Source of the DNA: an uncultured Actinomycetes bacterium | GTDB lineage: Bacteria > Actinomycetota > Actinomycetes > Nanopelagicales > Nanopelagicaceae | Direction of reading: 5' to 3' | Assembly (NCBI GenBank): GCA_903846075.1 | Contig: CAIMZW010000146.1 | Location: 214-64,213, forward strand | DNA length: 64,000 bases | Shown here: in pieces, positions 17,274-26,865 of the stretch | Layout: every line of letters begins with the position of its first letter | Numbering within the stretch: position 1 is the stretch's first letter | The notes under the pieces: model-generated | What the model was told of the DNA's origin: nothing | Databases searched by the model: none | The model's input: the letters and a program-made list of their open reading frames with translations, nothing else | Made by a program: the position numbers and the translations under genes

Positions 17274-18839
17274 ATGAAGAGCGCTTTCGACGAGTTTTTC
17301 CCCTTTGATACGGTGGATACCAATCTGTTGCCGCTACTCACCAATTTGCTCAATTTAGGTTCGGCGGGTCTGATTGAGCGCGGGAAGATTCGAGATACCT
17401 ACCTCTCCACCCAAGGAATTACCTTTACGCTTTCAGGAAAAGAACGTCCACTTTCGGTCGACTTGATTCCTCGAGTCATCAATGCCCATGAGTGGAGCAC
17501 GATTTCTTCAGGTGTGAAACAGCGAATTCGCGCTTTGGAAGCTTTTTTGGCTGACGTTTATGGGGCGCACACGATTATTAATGAAGGAATTATCCCGAGG
17601 CAATTGGTTACCAGTTCCGAGCATTTTCTCCGCGAAGCGCATGGCATTCAACCTGCCAATGGGGTGCGGATCCACGTCTCGGGAATAGATTTAATCCGGG
17701 ATGAAGCTGGAACTTTGCGCGTCTTAGAAGACAATCTGCGCTGCCCATCTGGGGTGAGTTATGTCTTGGAAAATCGTCGCACCTTGGCTCATGTGGTCCC
17801 TGAGGTCTTCGGCAACTTCCAAGTTCGGTCTGTTGAAGATTATCCAGAGCATCTCTTGCAAGCGCTTCGAGCTGCAGCACCGGATGGCATCACGGAGCCG
17901 ATCGTCGCGATCTTGACACCAGGAATTCATAACTCGGCACATTTCGAACACGCCTTTCTTGCAAGACGAATGGGCATCGAACTTGTAGAAGGCAGAGACC
18001 TTTTTTGTAAGGGTGGCTTCCTTTACATGCGTACCACGAGCGGTCCACAACCAGTTCATGTTCTCTATCGAAGAATTGATGATGAGTATTTAGATCCAAT
18101 GCAATTTAAGCCAGATAGCATTTTAGGAGTTCCTGGAATTCTCAATGTAGCCCGAGCGGGCAATGTCACGTTGGCAAATGCCGTCGGTAACGGAGTCGCC
18201 GATGACAAGGCCATCTACCCGTATGTACCTAGAATCATCAAGTACTACTTGGGAGAAGAACCGATACTTCCTAACGTCGAAACTTATGATCTGCAAATTC
18301 CGGATGTTCTCAATCACGTCCAAAAGAATCTTGCCGAAATGGTGATTAAGCCGGTAGCCGGCTCCGGTGGTTACGGATTAGTTATCGGCCCTTCTGCAAC
18401 TGCTGAACAACTCAAAGAGATCTCTCAAGTAATCGCGGAAAATCCACGGGGTTGGATTGCCCAACCAGTGGTGAATTTGTCAACGTGCCCGACCGTGCTC
18501 TCTGATGGCGAAGTTGCTCCGCGACATATCGATCTTCGTCCTTTTGCAGTAAATGATGGAAAAGAAATTTGGGTCCTGCCTGGAGGTTTGACGCGAGTAG
18601 CGTTAGTGGAAGGAAGTTTGGTTGTTAATTCCAGTCAAGGCGGCGGCTCGAAAGATACCTGGGTCTTGCAACCCAAATCCGAAAAGGTCGCACTTGCCAA
18701 AGAGACAAAAAATGAAAACCCTGATGAGACTCACGAATTAGCACTAACCATCCCGGCCCGCGAAAGCGGACCTGAAGTTCTCACTAATAGAAGACTTCAA
18801 CAACAAGAAGAACAGCAACAACAAGGTGGTGAGCTCTGA
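17274..18839 (+). CDS. Circularly permuted ATP-grasp type 2 protein (COG2308)
   Basis: 521 aa. First gene of the conserved COG2308-COG2307-COG1305 order. Unusual C-terminal tail RRLQQQEEQQQQGGEL. Confidence 0.7.
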   Translation: MKSAFDEFFPFDTVDTNLLPLLTNLLNLGSAGLIERGKIRDTYLSTQGITFTLSGKERPLSVDLIPRVINAHEWSTISSGVKQRIRALEAFLADVYGAHTIINEGIIPRQLVTSSEHFLREAHGIQPANGVRIHVSGIDLIRDEAGTLRVLEDNLRCPSGVSYVLENRRTLAHVVPEVFGNFQVRSVEDYPEHLLQALRAAAPDGITEPIVAILTPGIHNSAHFEHAFLARRMGIELVEGRDLFCKGGFLYMRTTSGPQPVHVLYRRIDDEYLDPMQFKPDSILGVPGILNVARAGNVTLANAVGNGVADDKAIYPYVPRIIKYYLGEEPILPNVETYDLQIPDVLNHVQKNLAEMVIKPVAGSGGYGLVIGPSATAEQLKEISQVIAENPRGWIAQPVVNLSTCPTVLSDGEVAPRHIDLRPFAVNDGKEIWVLPGGLTRVALVEGSLVVNSSQGGGSKDTWVLQPKSEKVALAKETKNENPDETHELALTIPARESGPEVLTNRRLQQQEEQQQQGGEL

Positions 18840-19732
18840 TGTTGAGTCGACTTGCTGAATCTTTTTTTTGGATGGGTCGCTACCTAGAGAGATGCGAAGC
18901 AACTTCACGATTGCTACTTGAGCATCACCAACTAACAGTTCAACAACACTCCGTCAATGAGCGTGACGCTGTTACTTTTCTTACCGATTTATTGGTGCTC
19001 TCTCCAAGTTCCCTCAATGTCGAAGAGTTGATTGCCCAGGTCTACGGCGAGGAATCAAATGCAAGCACCATTTTGGGATCGCTCTCCGCCACTCGAAATA
19101 ACGCGAGAACAATTAGAGATGCCATCCCTGGAGATTTGTACGAAGCGCTGAACTCGGCATACTTTGCTGGACTTGCCGAAAATCCAAACCCGCGCCTGCC
19201 AGGAACGGTCCTTCGCTCTCAGATACAGAGGTTGGCTGTTATTAATGGAGTCCTCGAGTGGATTGCCCCGCGCGATCAGTCTTTCGATTTTCTACAACTC
19301 GGACGTTCCTTGGAGCGTCTCGATTTAACGGCTCGATTGGTTGCTGCGGGATATGAAAATATTTGGCCTGATCAAGGTCCGGCCACGATGCTTCGTTCCG
19401 TTGATGCCCTCAGCACTTTTGTCCGCGGCCAAATTCCATTGACTGGCAAACGGGTCAAGGGCTTTCTTATTGGGGATCGAATATTTCCGCGCTCGATCTA
19501 TTTCTGTGCCCAAACCGCCGAGACCTCACTGCGTAGACTCAAAGAACGAGATGACTCGCTTTATCGAGAGATCGCATTACTTCGAAGTGAACTCGAATTT
19601 TCCGATCCCAATGCATCGGAGAGCGCCCAACTTAGAATTGCGGCACGAGCAACTTCGGTTGCTGCGAACACCAGCGCTCGGATCTCCTCAGAATTCTTTC
19701 GTCCAGCCGGTTCAATAATCTGGAGTAACTAA
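18839..19732 (+). CDS. Alpha-E domain protein (COG2307)
   Basis: N-terminus MLSRLAESFFWMGRYLERCE is characteristic of the family. ATGA-type overlap with the upstream gene. Confidence 0.7.
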   Translation: MLSRLAESFFWMGRYLERCEATSRLLLEHHQLTVQQHSVNERDAVTFLTDLLVLSPSSLNVEELIAQVYGEESNASTILGSLSATRNNARTIRDAIPGDLYEALNSAYFAGLAENPNPRLPGTVLRSQIQRLAVINGVLEWIAPRDQSFDFLQLGRSLERLDLTARLVAAGYENIWPDQGPATMLRSVDALSTFVRGQIPLTGKRVKGFLIGDRIFPRSIYFCAQTAETSLRRLKERDDSLYREIALLRSELEFSDPNASESAQLRIAARATSVAANTSARISSEFFRPAGSIIWSN

Positions 19733-20559
19733 TGAGTTGGCGATTAAGTGTGCAACATCGGACTTCCTATAAATACGAGGCACCCGTCGTAGCCTCATTC
19801 AATGAAGTTCGAATGACTCCTGCCTCGAATGGCGACCAATTCCTCATCCACCATGGGCTTTATGTCTCACCGCACGCACATATAAATCGGTTTCGAGATT
19901 ATTGGGGAACGGATGTAGAGACATTTGATCTCCAAACTCCGCATGAAACCCTTGAAGTTGTTTCCGACAATCTTGTTGAGGTCTCGCATCCGAAAGTCAT
20001 TGATGTTGGATGCACCTGGAGCGATTTGCGAAATGAAAATATTCGCGACAAATATTTCGAGTACACCCAGCACACTCAACTGGCCAACTATGTCAATGCT
20101 TCTGAAATTTCGATTGAAAAACGTTCTCCGCGGGATTTTGTTCTGCTTGTCAGTGAATATGTGAATACTCAAATTGCATATGTGCCGGGACAAACCAATG
20201 TCCACACTTCTGCTAGCCAATCTTTCGAATCCAAAGTTGGGGTCTGCCAAGACTTTACTCACGTCACGCTTTCAGTTCTTCGACATTTTGGAATTCCGGC
20301 ACGTTACGTCTCGGGCTATCTTTTTCACGGATCTCAGGAATTAGGAATAAGTTCGGTTGGCGAATCACATTCCTGGGTGGAAGCTTGGGTGGGTGATTGG
20401 ATGGCGATTGATCCAACCAATCAACGCGATGTCGATGAATCGCATATCACCGTGGCAAAAGGTCGAGACTATTCTGACGTTAGCCCACTGATCGGAATCT
20501 ATTCTGGTGGTGCAAGCCGCGAGGTCAGTGTGGAAGTGACTATTACTCGTCAGGCTTAA
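19732..20559 (+). CDS. Transglutaminase-like cysteine peptidase-fold protein with N-terminal Bact_transglu_N region
   Basis: Catalytic Cys context GVCQDFTH, His in HSWVEAW, Asp in IDPTN. Confidence 0.8.
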   Translation: MSWRLSVQHRTSYKYEAPVVASFNEVRMTPASNGDQFLIHHGLYVSPHAHINRFRDYWGTDVETFDLQTPHETLEVVSDNLVEVSHPKVIDVGCTWSDLRNENIRDKYFEYTQHTQLANYVNASEISIEKRSPRDFVLLVSEYVNTQIAYVPGQTNVHTSASQSFESKVGVCQDFTHVTLSVLRHFGIPARYVSGYLFHGSQELGISSVGESHSWVEAWVGDWMAIDPTNQRDVDESHITVAKGRDYSDVSPLIGIYSGGASREVSVEVTITRQA

Positions 20560-20605
20560 ACGCATTCGATTCACCTATAAATAACGCGTCAAGTAGGATT
20601 TTGAT

Positions 20606-21508
20606 ATGGATGAACTGACCGCAGCGGGGATAACAGATCCCGGGTTGCGTGCATCCTTTACTGAGTGCAAACGGCTCAATTCTTTGCACGGTAAAACGTA
20701 CTACCTTGCCACGCTTTTATTGCCGAGAGAAAAACGTCCGTTCGTTCATGCGCTGTATGGCTTTGCGCGATATGCCGACGAGATCGTGGATGATTTAGCG
20801 TCTACTCTCACTCAGGAAGAGAAATCTGACGCGTTATCTCAATGGGGCCAAGGAGTTCTGGGCGACCTCAGAGCGGGAACAAGCAAAGATCACATTGGCG
20901 CAGCCCTGGTAGCCACCGTTGAACGCTTCCAGATTCCGATTCACTATTTCGAAAGTTTTCTCGAATCTATGATGATGGATCTCACCATCACTGAATATCA
21001 AAATTATGAAGATTTAATGAAATATGTATATGGCTCGGCTTCGGTCATTGGACTTCAAATGGTGCCGATCTTGGGGCCACTCTCCCCCGATGCCTTCGAA
21101 CCAGCACAGAAATTAGGAACTGCTTTTCAACTTGCAAATTTTATTCGCGATGTGGGCGAGGATTTAGAACGAGGGCGGATCTATCTGCCACTTGATGAAT
21201 TAGCCGCACACGGTGTGACCAAGGAAATGCTCTACCAACGGAAATTAACTCCTGAAATACGAATCGCGCTCCAAGATCAAATTGCTCGAGTGCGACGACT
21301 TCAAGTGGAAGCCACACCTGGAATCGCGCTATTGGAACCCTCTAGCCGAGCGTGTATTGAAGCTGCAAGCGAGCTTTATTGTGGAATCGTCGGTGAGGTA
21401 GAGAAAATTGACTTTGATATTTTCAACAAACGAGCGAAGACATCGACTTGGCGACGATTGAAAGTGGCGTTACCTGCCTATTTTCGCGCAGTCAAAGCCC
21501 GACAATGA
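20606..21508 (+). CDS. crtB: Phytoene synthase
   Basis: YGFARYADEIVDD and GTAFQLANFIRDVGEDLERGRIYLP (squalene/phytoene synthase signatures). Confidence 0.85.
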   Translation: MDELTAAGITDPGLRASFTECKRLNSLHGKTYYLATLLLPREKRPFVHALYGFARYADEIVDDLASTLTQEEKSDALSQWGQGVLGDLRAGTSKDHIGAALVATVERFQIPIHYFESFLESMMMDLTITEYQNYEDLMKYVYGSASVIGLQMVPILGPLSPDAFEPAQKLGTAFQLANFIRDVGEDLERGRIYLPLDELAAHGVTKEMLYQRKLTPEIRIALQDQIARVRRLQVEATPGIALLEPSSRACIEAASELYCGIVGEVEKIDFDIFNKRAKTSTWRRLKVALPAYFRAVKARQ

Positions 21509-22062
21509 ATAAGGAACTCGTCAACGAAATTATCTCTGCCATCCAAGAACGAGAGCCTTCGATTGGTAGCTCCAGACTCGTCACGATTGATGGTTTTGCG
21601 GGCGCTGGGAAAACCACTTTGGCAGATCAAATCGCGCGCTCCCTTAATGGCTGCGTGATCATCCACCTAGACGACCTCTATGACGGATGGAACGATCCGC
21701 TTGGAGAAGGGCTAACCGAAACTTTTCGCACTCAATTGATCCCCGGAATTGCCAGTGGCGGGAGTTATTTCTTGCCACATTACGACTGGGAAAGTGATGC
21801 CCCGGGTGATCCCAAGAAATACGAGTTTGGCGAAATAGTTCTTCTCGAAGGTGTGGGAGCCAGCCAATCGATTAATCGCCCTTGGACCGCGCTCTCGATT
21901 TGGCTGGCAATCGAACCTGAAGTCGGGTTAAAGCGGGTCCTAGGCCGAGATGGCACCGCCATAGAACCAGAAATGCAGCGATTTTTGCTCCATCAAGAGC
22001 TTCATTTCCTTAAGGAAGGGTCAGAAGTTGTTGCGGATTACCGCATAAGTGGCGCGCCATAG
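21505..22062 (+). CDS. P-loop nucleoside/nucleotide kinase-like protein (uridine-kinase-like fold)
   Basis: Starts at MNKELV; the ATG overlaps the crtB TGA (ATGA). Walker A GFAGAGKTTLA, then HLDDLYDGW. Confidence 0.55.
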   Translation: MNKELVNEIISAIQEREPSIGSSRLVTIDGFAGAGKTTLADQIARSLNGCVIIHLDDLYDGWNDPLGEGLTETFRTQLIPGIASGGSYFLPHYDWESDAPGDPKKYEFGEIVLLEGVGASQSINRPWTALSIWLAIEPEVGLKRVLGRDGTAIEPEMQRFLLHQELHFLKEGSEVVADYRISGAP

Positions 22063-22097
22063 CCTGCGCAACTCCAATATTTGCCTAAGATTTAAAC

Positions 22098-24059
22098 GTG
22101 CCAGATCTGACCGGCGAACTGATCGATGGGCGATACCAACTCAATAAGTTAATCGCCTCTGGAGGCATGGCCTCGATTTATGCTGGAGTAGATCTTCGCC
22201 TTGATAGACCAGTCGCCGTAAAGATCATGCACGAACATTTAGCCAATGATGAAGAATTTGTCACCCGTTTCATTCGAGAGGCAAAAGCCACTGCCGCTCT
22301 TAATCATCCAAATGTAGTTGCCATCCAAGACCAAGGGTGGAATACCGGTGGAGTTCAGGCCGTATTCATCGTCATGGAATATATCGAAGGCTTCACACTG
22401 CGAGACATGTTGCATGAAAGAGGCAGACTTAGCATTGACGAGACTCTAAAAGTCATAGTTCCGGTCCTCAATGCACTCAACGCAGCCCATCAAATCGGGA
22501 TAATTCATCGCGACATCAAACCTGAAAATATCTTAATTGCCTCCGATGGCCGAATTAAGGTCGCTGATTTTGGCCTCGCTAGAGGAATCGGTATCGGAAG
22601 CACAATGACTGCTGAAGCGAGCGTAATTCTCGGGAGCGTCTCTTACCTTTCTCCTGAACAAGTTCAACGAGGCATCTCTGATGCTCGTAGCGATGTCTAT
22701 TCGGTCGGAATCATGCTCTTCGAAATGTTGACCGGTAAGAAACCTTTTGAGGGCGAATCTCCGATTCAAATTGCCTACAAACATGTCAATGAAAAGGTTC
22801 CCGCTCCTTCGTCATTAATCGAAAAGATCCCACCCGCCTTGGATGAATTGGTTCTTCAGGCAACAGCAGTAAATCCAGATGACAGACCAGCAAATGCTGG
22901 CGCCTTGCTTACGACGATTAAAGCAATTCAAATTTCCTTAGACCCAAAAAAATCACAACTAAGCCTTGAACTCGATATTCCACCAACTGCCACTAAAAAC
23001 GAGCGCAAAACCCGTCCCCGAGTTGAGGTTGGGATTGGCTCTCCCGCAACTGCCACAACTCAAATGCCCGCATTGTGGCGTCGCGATATTTCTACTACCG
23101 AGACCTCTTCATTAACCCGAGGGAAGCGAGAAGATTCAGTGGCCACCCCAAAGCCTGTTAAGCGGAAGAAGTCGGCACGGGTAATTCGTAACCGAATTAT
23201 CTTTATTCTTGGACTTTTCATTATCGCTGGTGCGGCTTGGTACCAATTTGCCAGCGGAACATCAGGCGTCTCCGTTCCTTCCATTGTGGGGCTTTCGCAA
23301 CGTCAAGCACTTGCACAGTTGTCTCCGCTTGGACTGCATCAAGATGTCGTCCAACGAGTCTTCAGCGAAGATGTCCCGAGTGGTTTGATCATCTCCTCCC
23401 AACCCGGTGGCGGCGGGCATATAGCCGCAGGAGGTACGGTTCATCTAACCGTTTCTAAGGGCAAGGACCGCTCCCTCGTTCCAGCGGTGAATGGCATGAC
23501 CTCTGACGCTGCGACAACATCCATCGTCAGCGCCGGCCTAAAACTTGGAACAATTTCCACTCAGTTTGATGTCTCCACCCCGAAAGGTCTTGTTGTCTCT
23601 GCCGACCCAGCATCGGGAACGCAGGTTCGGCCAGGCAGCCTTGTGAATTTGATCGTGAGCAATGGGCCGGAGACCGTTGCCGCCACAAATTATGTTGGCC
23701 AGAGCGGGGATCAAGCGCTCAACGAGCTCACTGCTGCTGGTTTCTCCGTTACGAGCACTTACGCCTACAGTGACACGGTTCCCGCAGGTGCGGTTATTAA
23801 GCAGACTCCAGACCCTACCCAGCCATTGCCAAAAGGGGCTGCGATCGCCCTCGTTATTTCCCAAGGTCCACAAAATGTCTTTGTTCCAAATGTTGCTGGG
23901 TTGAGCCAATTAGATGCCACTCGCCTATTGGAAAATCTTCAACTGCAAGTGACGGTGAAAAGTCTCAATACCAAGAAGAATCAAACGGTCATCAACGTCT
24001 CTCCTGCTATTGGCACTCAAGTCACTCGCGGTTCCACGGTGGTTCTCACGGTCGGCTAG
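22098..24059 (+). CDS. pknB: Ser/Thr protein kinase with extracellular PASTA repeats
   Basis: VAVK, HRDIKPEN, DFG and SPE kinase motifs. A single TM (IIFILGLFIIAGAAWY). About four PASTA-length repeats (VPSIVGLS..., VPAVNGMT..., ATNYVGQS..., VPNVAGLS...). Confidence 0.9.
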   Translation: MPDLTGELIDGRYQLNKLIASGGMASIYAGVDLRLDRPVAVKIMHEHLANDEEFVTRFIREAKATAALNHPNVVAIQDQGWNTGGVQAVFIVMEYIEGFTLRDMLHERGRLSIDETLKVIVPVLNALNAAHQIGIIHRDIKPENILIASDGRIKVADFGLARGIGIGSTMTAEASVILGSVSYLSPEQVQRGISDARSDVYSVGIMLFEMLTGKKPFEGESPIQIAYKHVNEKVPAPSSLIEKIPPALDELVLQATAVNPDDRPANAGALLTTIKAIQISLDPKKSQLSLELDIPPTATKNERKTRPRVEVGIGSPATATTQMPALWRRDISTTETSSLTRGKREDSVATPKPVKRKKSARVIRNRIIFILGLFIIAGAAWYQFASGTSGVSVPSIVGLSQRQALAQLSPLGLHQDVVQRVFSEDVPSGLIISSQPGGGGHIAAGGTVHLTVSKGKDRSLVPAVNGMTSDAATTSIVSAGLKLGTISTQFDVSTPKGLVVSADPASGTQVRPGSLVNLIVSNGPETVAATNYVGQSGDQALNELTAAGFSVTSTYAYSDTVPAGAVIKQTPDPTQPLPKGAAIALVISQGPQNVFVPNVAGLSQLDATRLLENLQLQVTVKSLNTKKNQTVINVSPAIGTQVTRGSTVVLTVG

Positions 24060-24068
24060 GCTCGCCCT

Positions 24069-24953
24069 ATGTCCAAAGCCCAAGTGCCAAATATCGGTAA
24101 ACCTCGCTTAGGTGCCCATGTTCCTACCTCTGGTGGAATGGCAAAGCGATCTATCGCTTACGCCCAAACCATTGAGGCGGAGGCGATTCAAGTCTTTGCC
24201 TCCAACCCCCGAGGCTGGGCGATGCCAGAGGCAAATCTTGCCGCCGATACCGCCTTTCGGGATTTGGCTTTGGAACTCGATATTGAGACGTATGTGCACG
24301 CCCCATTTCTCATTAACTTGGGTTCGCCAACCCTTTCCACGTACGAAAATTCATTGGCCTCTACCGCTTACTCGTTAAAGCGTTCGCGGGAGATTGGCGC
24401 ACTCGGTACCGTTATTCATACTGGATCGGCAGTCGATGAATCTCACATCAATCAAGCATGGAAACAAATTCATGAAGGGATCATGCCCGTTCTTAACGCG
24501 CTGGGTGAGAACGATCCCTGGTTGCTTCTTGAACCAACTGCTGGACAAGGTCAGTCGTTAGTAAAAAAATTAGACGATCTCATCAAATATTTTGATGCTT
24601 TAGAGTGGCATCCAAAAGTTGGCGTCTGCCTTGATACCTGCCATGTCTTTGCCGCTGGCCACGACATTAAAAGCAAAGGTGGGATGACTCAGACTTTAGA
24701 CCTACTTGTTTCTCTCGTAGGGATCGAACGGATCCAGCTGATTCATGCCAATGATTCAATGGATGTCTGCGGTGCGCTCAAAGATCGCCACCAAAATATC
24801 GGCGAAGGTGAAATAGGCAGCAAACCCTTTGAAGAGTTGATTGCTCACCCGGCCGTCAAAAATGCCCCGTTGATTTTGGAGACTCCAGGTCAAGAGGTCG
24901 AACATGGTAGTGAAGTCGCTTTGTTTAAGAAGATGCGCTCAAAAGTAAAGTGA
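24069..24953 (+). CDS. nfo: Endonuclease IV (AP endonuclease family 2)
   Basis: LGAHVPTSGG N-terminus, HAPFLINL, IHTGS, CLDTCH, HANDS motifs. Confidence 0.8.
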   Translation: MSKAQVPNIGKPRLGAHVPTSGGMAKRSIAYAQTIEAEAIQVFASNPRGWAMPEANLAADTAFRDLALELDIETYVHAPFLINLGSPTLSTYENSLASTAYSLKRSREIGALGTVIHTGSAVDESHINQAWKQIHEGIMPVLNALGENDPWLLLEPTAGQGQSLVKKLDDLIKYFDALEWHPKVGVCLDTCHVFAAGHDIKSKGGMTQTLDLLVSLVGIERIQLIHANDSMDVCGALKDRHQNIGEGEIGSKPFEELIAHPAVKNAPLILETPGQEVEHGSEVALFKKMRSKVK

Positions 24954-25822
24954 ATTTAGCCAAGAATAAACCGGCGGTTGCTGGTCTGCTTCTTTGTGTC
25001 GCGGCTATGTGGGGCGGCTCATTCATCCTCATGAAGGATTCGCTACATCGTCAAGATGTCAATTCATTCTTAGCTTGTCGTTTTGCCATTGCCACGCTCG
25101 TACTCATCATTCTCAAACCTTCAGTCCTCAAGAAAATTAATCGCGCCGTTCTGATTAAAGGTGGAATTATCGGAACACTTTTAGGAAGCGGTTATATTTT
25201 TCAGTCCTTTGGCCTGACGATGACAACTGTGGCTAAAACTGGATTCATCACCGGTTTATATGCAGTTTTTGTTCCGCTGATTGCTGCATCAATTTTTAAG
25301 CGGCGGGTCACAACGTTCCAATGGCTTGCTGTGGCAACGGCTGGGATTGGACTCTTCATTCTCTCCTTTAAAGGGTTGAGTTTTGGTACTGGTGAATTTT
25401 TAGTTCTCGTAAGCGCGCTCCTCTTTGCCCTACACATTGTCTCTTTGGGTGAGTGGAGTTCTTCTCTAGACACCTACGCTCTTACTGTTATTCAACTTGG
25501 CACCAGCACAATCTTGACTGGTTTGGCCAGTCTTAAGAGTGGATTTCACCTCCCTCCCGATGGCAATGGATGGCGAGCAGTCCTCTTAACTGCGATATTT
25601 GCCACCGCTTTTGCTTTCATTATTCAGACCTGGACTCAATCTTTTATCCCTTCGACAACGATCGCAGTCATACTCACTATGGAGTACATATTTGCCGCCG
25701 GATTTGCCGTCATTTTTAGCCATGAAGTTTTAACCGCCCGAACTTTGATCGGTGGCGCACTGGCGATCACTGCAATGTACGCAATTATCTGGGCCACCGG
25801 ACGTGAGAAGATAACCGCATGA
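24950..25822 (+). CDS. DMT superfamily (EamA) transporter
   Basis: GTG start overlapping the nfo stop. Ten hydrophobic helices in two EamA-like halves. Confidence 0.7.
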   Translation: MNLAKNKPAVAGLLLCVAAMWGGSFILMKDSLHRQDVNSFLACRFAIATLVLIILKPSVLKKINRAVLIKGGIIGTLLGSGYIFQSFGLTMTTVAKTGFITGLYAVFVPLIAASIFKRRVTTFQWLAVATAGIGLFILSFKGLSFGTGEFLVLVSALLFALHIVSLGEWSSSLDTYALTVIQLGTSTILTGLASLKSGFHLPPDGNGWRAVLLTAIFATAFAFIIQTWTQSFIPSTTIAVILTMEYIFAAGFAVIFSHEVLTARTLIGGALAITAMYAIIWATGREKITA

Positions 25823-26865
25823 TTGACCTTCGTTCGGATACCGTCACGCAACCATCCTTGGCAATGCGACAGGCAATCTTTGATGCCCCCGTTGGCGATG
25901 ACGTTTATGGTGACGATCCGACGGTAAATGCCTTTGAGGCGAAAGTGGCCCAGATATTTGGCAAAGAGGCAGGCCTCTTCTCCCCAACTGGATCACTAGC
26001 CAATCAATTAGCGATTCGCACCTTGGTAAAACCTGGAGAGGAATTGCTTACTGAATCTTTTTCTCACATTGTCCGAGCCGAGCTTGGCGCGGCCGCCGCA
26101 TTTAGTGGAATTACTACCCGCACCTGGGAAGATCCCAATGGAATTCTTCGGGCAGATCTCCCACTCAAACTTGCAACACCTAATGCCGGACCATACCTAG
26201 TCTCTACCACTGCAATCGCTGTTGAGAACACTCACAACTTTGGTGGCGGAAGCGTTCAACCTTTAAGTGAGATAGCCAAACTTTATGAAGGGGCTCAAGC
26301 TTTAGGTCTTACTCTTCATTTAGACGGGGCCAGAATTTGGAATGCTCACATAGCCACTGGTGTTGCACTCAAAGAGTATGGAAAATTTTTTGACACGATT
26401 AGCGTCTGCTTTTCCAAGGGGCTTGGCGCTCCTGTTGGTTCCATGGTTCTATCGACTCAAGAGCGAATTACTTCGGCTAGGCAGTGGCGTAAACGCTACG
26501 GAGCGGGAATGCGGCAAATCGGTTTACTTGCAGCCGCTGCGGATTTCGCCTTGGAAAATAATTTGTCACTTCTCGCCCAAGATCACGCCCGAGCCACCGC
26601 GATTGCAACTGCGGCCCATCAAGTCGCTCCAACGGTTGTGGATCCAAAGAACGTCCCAACAAATATCGTGGTCTTTGATTTACAAGATCTCACTTGTTCA
26701 GCAGCTGAATTAAACAGCCAACTTCGCGAAGCTGGCATCGCCGGCAGCGCACTTGGACCAAAGTTTTTGCGACTAGTGACTCATTTAGGAATTAGCGATG
26801 AAGATGTGTCTCGGGTAAATACGATTCTGCCGGAATTACTTCAGCGCGCCCTCAAATCGAAGTAG
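25819..26865 (+). CDS. ltaE: Low-specificity L-threonine aldolase
   Basis: MIDLRSDTVTQPS...VGDDVYGDDPTVN N-terminus is typical of threonine aldolases. PLP-Lys context CFSKGLGAPVGS. Confidence 0.8.
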   Translation: MIDLRSDTVTQPSLAMRQAIFDAPVGDDVYGDDPTVNAFEAKVAQIFGKEAGLFSPTGSLANQLAIRTLVKPGEELLTESFSHIVRAELGAAAAFSGITTRTWEDPNGILRADLPLKLATPNAGPYLVSTTAIAVENTHNFGGGSVQPLSEIAKLYEGAQALGLTLHLDGARIWNAHIATGVALKEYGKFFDTISVCFSKGLGAPVGSMVLSTQERITSARQWRKRYGAGMRQIGLLAAAADFALENNLSLLAQDHARATAIATAAHQVAPTVVDPKNVPTNIVVFDLQDLTCSAAELNSQLREAGIAGSALGPKFLRLVTHLGISDEDVSRVNTILPELLQRALKSK

